Source: Octopus vulgaris
Lineage: Eukaryota
Assembly (NCBI GenBank): GCA_951406725.2
Contig: OX597832.1
Location: forward strand, 12,772,001 to 12,836,000
DNA: 64,000 nt
Direction: 5' to 3'
A program made the translations under genes and the position numbers. This document shows positions 55,450 through 64,000 of this stretch, in pieces (position 1 is the first letter of the stretch; each line of letters begins with the position of its first letter). The notes beneath the pieces are model-generated. The model was not told where the DNA came from and searched no databases. It saw only the letters and a list, made by a program, of their open reading frames with translations.

Positions 55450-57050
55450 ACAGGGTTTGATGAAGTGCGATAATGTTTTCTTGTTACATGATATTAAAGG
55501 GAAACAGCATTGTCGTGAAGCCGAATGGAGAAAATGTTTGAAGTTTCTGTTCAGAGATAAGTATTCATTTCTCACGAAGTGTGTAGGCCACTTCTCCATT
55601 ACGCTTTTGAACGGAAGACGAGAGATGAGTGATATATGCGTAGAATTCCGGTTGTTAAGGATGGTAGTTTGTAGGTGGTTGTTTCATTAATGGAAAAGTG
55701 CTGGAGGTAAAACCGTATCTTTGAGTACAACACCGTTAAGAAAGCTGGGATCCGATGAAATTTCGCCAGCTTACGCCATGAGAGGGATAGCTGGAAGAAT
55801 GCTACCGCCCAAGAGACGAGATTAAGGTAGAGGTTAAGAGCGCGGATTTTCACCGGTGATTCGCGGAGCAGATGACGTCATCGACAAATCCGATATCATT
55901 AAACTTAAAGAGGGTCAGAGGCTGTTGAAGAGTAGTATAAAATGATCAAAGGTAATTTTACACGTAGTGTGTCTATTCAAGAGAGGGATACTTGTAGGAA
56001 ATTTGGAAAATTTCTACGCGTGAGCTCTGCTCATTAAATCACCATAGTTAAGAAATTAACGAGACGAAACAAATCAGATGACGTTTGGAAGTCAAAACTC
56101 ATTGCAGATTATTCAATGAGCAGAAACGTATCTTGGGCTACAGACGGCTGTCTTTCAGGAATTGCACTGTTGGATATGAACCATCCAGTTTAGAAATTAA
56201 ATTGTTTTCTCGGAGCATTGTACATCTCTCTTTATTTGAAATGGTACAAGTCAGTTGTACAAGACAGTGAGTTATTATTAAGTGTAGGTAATTTTGAGAT
56301 GTTTCTCAGCGGATGGTTTCAGCAAACCTCTTAGCTTCTTCTAATAGGTCATACCTGATGTTGAAGCAGAAATATTGACTAAACAATTTGGTGGAGCTAT
56401 GATCTTTTTAACTAATATGAAGTGCAATTGGAGGCGCAATGACCCAGTGGTTAGGGCAGCGGACTCGCGGTCGTAAGGTCGCGGTTTCGATTCCCAGACC
56501 GGGCGTTGTGAGTGTTTATTGAGCGAAAATACCTAAAGCTCCACGAGGCTCCGGCAGGGGATGATGGTGATCCCTGCTGTACTCTTTTACCGCATCTTTC
56601 TCTCACTCCTACTTCCTGTTTCTGTTGTACCTGTATTTCAAAGGGCCGGCCTTGTCACTCTCTGTGTCACGTTGAATATCCCCGAGAACTACGTTAAGGG
56701 TACACGTGTCTGTGGAGTGCTCAGCCACTTACACGTTAATTTCACGAGCAGGCTGTTCCGTTGGTCGGATCAACCGGAATCCTCGTCGTCGTAACCGACG
56801 GAGAGCTTCCCATGAAGTGCAATATGGTTTTACAATGTCGGATTGGAGAGTTATGTCGCATGCAACTGTGAGATGGTTAGACATATTGAGGTATTTGGAT
56901 GAACGGATTTTTGCGAAGACAGAGATAATAAGGTAGAGTTGGAATATGGATGCGATGATGCTATGAAAGGTGCACAAAAGGATTATGTTGGATCAAAGAT
57001 TCGTTTAATGGGTAAAAAATATTTGGTGCAATAGGTTACTCTTCGTGGAA
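55450..57050 (+). mobile_element. Possible very old RTE-type LINE relic, split by a SINE
   Basis: Scattered motifs KAGxDEI and SWKNA in plausible order. Weak. Confidence 0.35.
56429..56811 (+). mobile_element. tRNA-derived SINE family B, full length
   Basis: Closely matches 17380-17767; TSD ATGAAGTGCAAT at 56417-56428 and 56812-56823. Confidence 0.95.
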
Positions 57051-57363
57051 GATACAATTCCCGGAGTGTTGATATTTGTATGGCATATGCGTATGACAGC
57101 CAAAAACAAAATTTACGCATGCGACATATTGATAATAATGTCTGTGTATACGTAGAATACTGAAACTTTTAACAAGAATTAGAAATTTGATTGAATAAAA
57201 GTTATGTTTTCACTAGAGAATACGCAGAACAAAATGAAGTTAGATTCAAAGGAGACGAAAAGTCGAAGATTACATCTGAACGAGTGTAATCAGCGTCGTA
57301 ATTATCTTCATTAAAAATGTTTTGTGTGAGTGTGTGCGTGTGTGAATGTATGTACATGTGTGC

Positions 57364-57410
<47 letters not shown>

Positions 57411-57689
57411 TATATGTATATATGTGTGTGTGTGCATATATATGTGTATGCGTATGTGTCTGCGTCTCTGTATGAGTAAGTATAACACCTCCATGAAAAG
57501 CATTTGATGAAACTCTTGTGTTACTAATAGTATGACAGTAATTATCCACAGACTCACGCATATACACATGTAAGTGCGTGGGTAATTGCATGTGTATATG
57601 CATTTCAGTAAGAACGACGCGTTTCATACATGCCTACATACATGTATTTATGCATACATACATGCATGCATTCATACATACTTATATAC

Positions 57690-58035
<346 letters not shown>

Positions 58036-58129
58036 ATAAATTATATCTATGTATGTATACTCATACATGTATACTTGTTTCTGTGTATTAGCGTATATAT
58101 TTATTATCTTAGGCGTTATTTGTTTATTT

Positions 58130-58670
58130 AAAGAAAGCTAACGTTACCTTCCATTGCTTCTTCAAGTTTCACACTTGCTGATTTTCCATATAGATAACCA
58201 AAATATAAGGTGATGCGTATACACAGTGATTGTTGGAAGGGAAATAACTACGAGGCAAATAAGTTAACGAGGAAATTAAAAGGAAAATAAACGTTTAAAA
58301 GTGTATGAAAGGTGAGGAGCGAGTTAAGAGATAGTAAGTATGGAATAGACATGGTAATATTATGTAGGGTAGCTTCACATCAGGCGCAGAGTAATTTGAG
58401 AAGATAGTGGAGAAAACAGCAAGCAAGTACAATAAGGAAGCAGGAAAAAGCAGGCAGGCTAATATTTTTAGAAAAGGCGAGATATATAAAGCAGAGTGAT
58501 ATAAAAAAAAATAATAAAATAGCAAAGTGTTTTGAGAAATACATGGTCGCAGAAGAACGGACGAGGGAAAATATTTGAGGAAGAATATTATATTATGTAC
58601 ATTGTAAAGGTGTGCTATGATGGGTAAATCGAGTAGAAAATCTATTTTCTCCTTGAACACTGTCCTTTTA
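58130..58670 (-). mobile_element. Possible heavily deleted Naiad-type PLE relic
   Basis: Minus strand EKIDFLLDL, KYFP and YISPF resemble PLE RT/linker motifs; the 3' end faces a (TA)n array. Confidence 0.3.
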
Positions 58671-59633
58671 TCTTTCGTTTTTTATCCTGAAGCCGATGAA
58701 AACGAAATCTATTTTGATTCCTGAAAATATTATCATGCTTGACTGTATGTGTCTACTAGTGAATAAATGTTTTTGTAGTTTGAACATTTAGAATTAAAAA
58801 AAAAAAATGAAAATAAAATGTCCTATGAAAAAAAAAAGTTATTATTAATAAAATGTTATTACATTGACCTTATGAATTCGTGGTGGAATAAAGTTTGTAT
58901 ACTGTTAGAAGAAAGGTCAACCATGAGTTTTACTTTATTTATTTATTTATTTATTTATACATTGGCTTTTCATGAGATTTTATTTGCCATGTCAATTCCT
59001 GGAAGACTGTTGTGCATAGAAAACGAAACATTTCCAGTTAACATGAAACGTAATAAGTAAATTGCGGTGAACATTTTAAACAACAAACGTGGCTTGGGTC
59101 AGATTTCTGTCCTTTGTGATTCACTTCAAAAGACGATATTTTTCAACTGCTCTCATGGATATTGAAAAGAGCGACTCAGCATTTACTATCTCTAGTTTTC
59201 AGGAAATATTTATTATTTTCGTCTTCTATATGGTATTGAATGATAGAAATTAGACCGAACTGGTTAAGTCTTCATTCTGTTTATAACAAAGCCTAAACTA
59301 ACTTTTCCTACAGCGAATGAGATGTATTACAACTACCGTTATAGTTTGGAGATAACCTCTGGAGAGTAAATCGATATCAGCATGTGAGATTATTGGAAGG
59401 ATGAATTTCGAACAGACAAAACATCGTATAACATTATCCTTCTTATACATATGTTGAAATATTTCTTGCTTGTTTTAGGGTTGAGAAATTGATGCGAGAT
59501 TGGAAAATAAAGATGGTGGTAAATCTATTTATATTACCCAAAATGGGAGGAAAATGCTGATATTTCACAATGATACTAAAAGAATCTTCATTGTTTAATC
59601 CACGCACACCCACATTCTGGCATAAATGTAATA

Positions 59634-60403
59634 GTCCTTTCTGCTATAAGCACAAGGCCTGAAATTTTGGTTGGAGGAGCAAGTCGTTTACCTCAACCCC
59701 AGTACTCAACTGGTGCTTAATTTATCGACCCCCGAAAGAATGAAGGGCAAAGTCTAGCACGGAGAAATCTGAACTCGGAACGTATCGGCATACGAAATAC
59801 CTATTTCTTTACTACCCACAAGGGGCTAAACACAGAGAGGACGAACAAGGACAAACAAACGGATTAATTCGATTACATCTATCCCAGTGCGTAACTGGTA
59901 CTTATTTAATCGACCCCGAAAGGATGAAAGGCAAAGTCGACCTCGGTGGAATTTGAACTCAGAGCGTAGCGGCAGAAAAAAATACCTATTTCTTTACTGC
60001 CCACAAAGGGCTAAACACAGAGAGGACAAATAAGGACAGACAAATGGATTAAGTCGATTATATCGACCCCAGCACGTAACTGGTACTTATTTAATCGACC
60101 CCGAAAGGATGAAAGGCAAAGTCGACCTCGTCGGAATTTGAACTCAGAGCGTAGGGGCAAGCGAAATGCACATTTCTTTACTACCCACAAAGGGCTAAAC
60201 ACAGTGAGGACAAATACGGACAGACAAACGGATTAAGTTGATTATATTGACCGCATTGCGTAACTGGTACTTATTTATTCAACCCCGAAAGGATGAAAGG
60301 CAAAGTCGAGGACGGTGGAATCTGAACTCGGAACGTAGCGGCGTACGAAATACCGCTAAGCATTTCACCCGGTGTGCTAACGATTCTCCCAGCTCGCCGC
60401 CTT
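59634..60403 (-). mobile_element. SINE family C multimer: one head, three 185-bp units and a terminal body with a different tail
   Basis: Units at 59801-59985, 59986-60170 and 60171-60353; single 5' head 60354-60403; degenerate TSD at 59619-59633 and 60405-60419 (12/15 identical). Confidence 0.93.
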
Positions 60404-62018
60404 CGGCATGAGTGTCATAACAAGATCTTAATATAAAGGTTTTGTAAAGTCAGAGAGCTAATCCGAATTTCTCACGTTTTGAAGGTACCAACACTGTAAT
60501 GAAACATTATATGCTGTTGAAGCAATCCCAGATTAGAACTAATATCCATTTTCTTATTGTTATGAAAGAAGAAATGACGCCAGCACGACATGAACATAGG
60601 ATGTAAGGGACAGAACCTAAATTATTTCAAACATTCGATCCGATCTACTATCGTTCTATAACCCGATCGATCTAACCATGCTATTTATAAACATACTTAT
60701 ATCGCCCTTCTGAGTTAAAATACTGACAGTATCGATTTGCTTCTCTTCCCTCCTAGTTCGATAAAATATATTTTGAAAAAAATAACACTTCTATTCTAAA
60801 ATAGCCAATTCACTAAGCTACTATCCAGCAAACATTTTATTAGCGCCTCTGCAAAATAAATCGATATTTACAACTTTATTTCCCGTTATTGTATTTTCTC
60901 CAAATTTTCGGTGATCCTCTGATGATTCATAACCTTGAGTGGCTTTTCTTCCTCATACAAAGAACCATATCATTTTAATTAAATAATTTGATTTATTGGA
61001 TATATAAACGAATGATTAGCATCAACTTTAAAAATGTTGGCCTTCGTTCTAAAAAAATACAGAAACAAACTAACACTCAAACTTGGTGAATCATCTATAC
61101 AGCAACATTTTGAAATATAGAGGAGGATGAGGAGAAGAAGAGAGTGGGTATGTGAGTGAGAGATAAACAGAGAAAGAGAGAAATAAGAACATTTGATAGG
61201 GAGAGGGAGAAAGAAAGAAATAGAAGTAAAGAGAGAACGGAAGAAGGGTAGACACCGAGAAAGGGACAGTATGCTAGTTTAACATTTAATGAATTTAGTT
61301 CCTAACATTATTTGGTCATTTGGAATTCGTGCTTGTTTACATACACAAAAATACATACACTCATACATGCACACTTACACACACACGTATATTTATATAT
61401 ACCACATGCGTAAATGTATGTTATAGCCAATTCCTTATTAATGCACAAAGAAGTGGGGTTTGCCGTTTTTAACCCTGTTTAATCCTACATATGCCTTATA
61501 TATGTTGATACGTTCGAGTTACATCATGCCACACGTGAGCTTTCCCTACTATAAATTTTTATACGTCGGTATTTTTCACCTTTTTTTTTTCTGGTACAAA
61601 AGTCAAATCTCTCCCATCTTGGAGCCGCATATTGACAAAGGACATTTTCGTAGCCGCAGTCACAGCATTATTTAATTTATTGAAATAGCACCACGTTTGT
61701 AAGAACTTCACTCGTGAAGGCGCTCAACAAGGTTTAATATAAACTGGAGAATTAGTAATCCGTCGGTTGCACGCGCGATTACATCCTAAAATTTAATCAT
61801 TAGAACATAGATTGTTGGACTTGCCATACTACAATATTTCTTGGACATCGTAGATGTCTTTGGTATGAAAACAGCACATTTTAAAATGAATTAGAAATCA
61901 ATTAGTGGTTATGCTCTATAATGGATGTAAGAGTGTGTTTATGTATCTATATATGTTTCCTTATATCTTTCTCTCTTTCTCTCTCTTTCCCACTCGTTAT
62001 GTATGTGTATGTGTGTGT

Positions 62019-62058
<40 letters not shown>

Positions 62059-63761
62059 ATATGACTGTGCGTGTGTGTGCGTGTGTGTGCGTGTTTGTGT
62101 GTGTGCAAATGTAAGCTTTTGAGACTGTGTAAATAGGTGCCTTTTCGAAGCACTATTTCGAAAACTGTATCCTCATAAATTCTAACGGCTCAACCATCAT
62201 CAAGAAAATGCAAAAGAACTATAGCTTTACTATTAGGGAAAGTCCATGATCTCATGTGTCAGCCCGTAAAGAGGGAAAATGTAAGCTATCGATTTAGCAA
62301 ATTTTTCCTTTCCAAACTCTCCTTATCTCAACTATTGATGAAAAACACAGAATGTAGTCCCTGGCGTAGTAAAAAAAGATGGATGGGTTTTCTGGATAAT
62401 TTCTGAATAAAAATCTGGCCGCTGAAAATCATAGTGCTAAAAATATCTCAGGCAACAAATCTACTGAGGGTTAGGTATTCGTCAATAATATTCTGTAGTA
62501 TTCGAAAAATACCACAAAAAGGAATGTAATACGCTGCAACGTATTTGCTAACATTGATATTGAACGGCATTGTATCAGAAACCCATTTAAATACACCAAA
62601 TTCTCAAAAGGCTATAAATGCCATATGCTTTTCAACACGGTCAACGTAAAGATTAGTTACCTCTGCAAATGGAACATGTTTCTTATCATCGAGTGTTGCA
62701 GTGTGAAAAGTACTGCAATTATATTAAAAACAAATACGAGGAATATGCATTTGCCTTTGCATAAAGGTTTAATCAGGTAAAAGAATGTTGTTTGTATATA
62801 GGTGCTGATTACTCGAGTCGCTTTAGAACTACTGAAATATTAAACGTAGAAAAGCAAAGAGGAAAGTCATGTCAACATGAAAAGGTACTTTCTGATAAAA
62901 TGATCTGGGTGCATAAAAATAACGTGTCTTAACAAATATAACGTGTCTTTGTGAATTATCAAATTTCTGCCGAACTATTTTGGTTTCGAACTAAATATTT
63001 TTCTATTAAGTATGAGACGGATTTTAAAATATATATTTATCATAAGGTAAGTAAAGTGTATTGAGATGGTAAAGATTTCGTTCTTTAGAAACATTTGCAT
63101 GATTTAGTCAGGCAATAGATATCATTGTAGCAAAGTGTGTGTGTTTCTGTGTTTGTGTGTGTGTGCGTTCGTACGTGCCCGTGTGCACCTGTGTGTATGT
63201 GTGTGTAATTGTGTGTATGCATTCATTCATAAACACATATCTTTATAAATCTATATATTTATATATTTAGATATATATATATATATTTATGTATATACAT
63301 ATTCAATCTATCCATAATTTGGCCTAAGATTAATAGATAATTTTTTTCGACATATTGTCACTTAACAGATGTTTCCCCATTATAACCAAATGAAACAGCT
63401 GCGCCAGTAAAAATCTGAAATTACTATGAATTCAGGTGATAGCATTTTTCAATATACCACTATTTTACTGAAGATTTATACAACATTCGAAAGATTTGGT
63501 ATGATGGGCGCCATATCTGACACTTTTACTTCTACAAAGAACACCGTCTGCATTTGAATATCATTTAAACTAGTGTGTCGCCATCGAACAATTATTCTAG
63601 CGGACAGGAATACGTCACCGAATTTACTATAATCCCAATATAATAATATTTTTTTTTGCATGTCATATTTATTATCATTCCGAATTCTTTTTATCGAGAT
63701 GTGCATGAAAGCTTGTATATACATCCGCAATCATATACAAGAAAGCACGAGTAAGTATGTA

Positions 63762-63818
<57 letters not shown>

Positions 63819-64000
63819 CACAATTTATTGATAACACTATCTTCTCGGGTATTAACGATATTATTTCCCCTTTAAGCTGAACAGGAACACAGCTCAGGTG
63901 TGATTTAAAATTGTTTTGATACATATATGTTTGTGTGTGTGTGTGTACGTGCATGTGTGTGTAAGTATATATATATATATCACTGTGATATATATATACA

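Noticed and set aside
59801-60353. CRISPR-like or tRNA gene array
   Set aside because: No unique spacers; the units are SINE bodies without a complete cloverleaf.

Overview
AT-rich, microsatellite-dense eukaryotic DNA with no host protein-coding exon I can support. The repeat repertoire (tRNA-derived SINEs, very long (TA)n, Penelope-like elements) suggests a coleoid cephalopod, probably Octopus; this is inference from recalled repeat families. Almost all listed ORFs are translations of simple repeats or chance ORFs. The window holds four tRNA-derived SINE families, decayed Naiad-type Penelope-like elements (PLEs) and their hammerhead-bearing ends next to (TA)n, mariner/Tc1 relics and a MITE, RTE-type LINE relics and one HERO/R2-like fragment. 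Two structures stand out. (1) At 775-1373, a ~600-bp non-coding insert in a SINE's internal (TA)n carries a fully paired hammerhead ribozyme (997-1101, minus strand) inside a 182-bp near-perfect foldback. (2) At 59634-60403, a SINE contains three head-less 185-bp tandem units whose tail-to-anticodon-arm junction is palindromic, suggesting a circular or template-jumping SINE RNA intermediate. All alignments and folds were done by eye.
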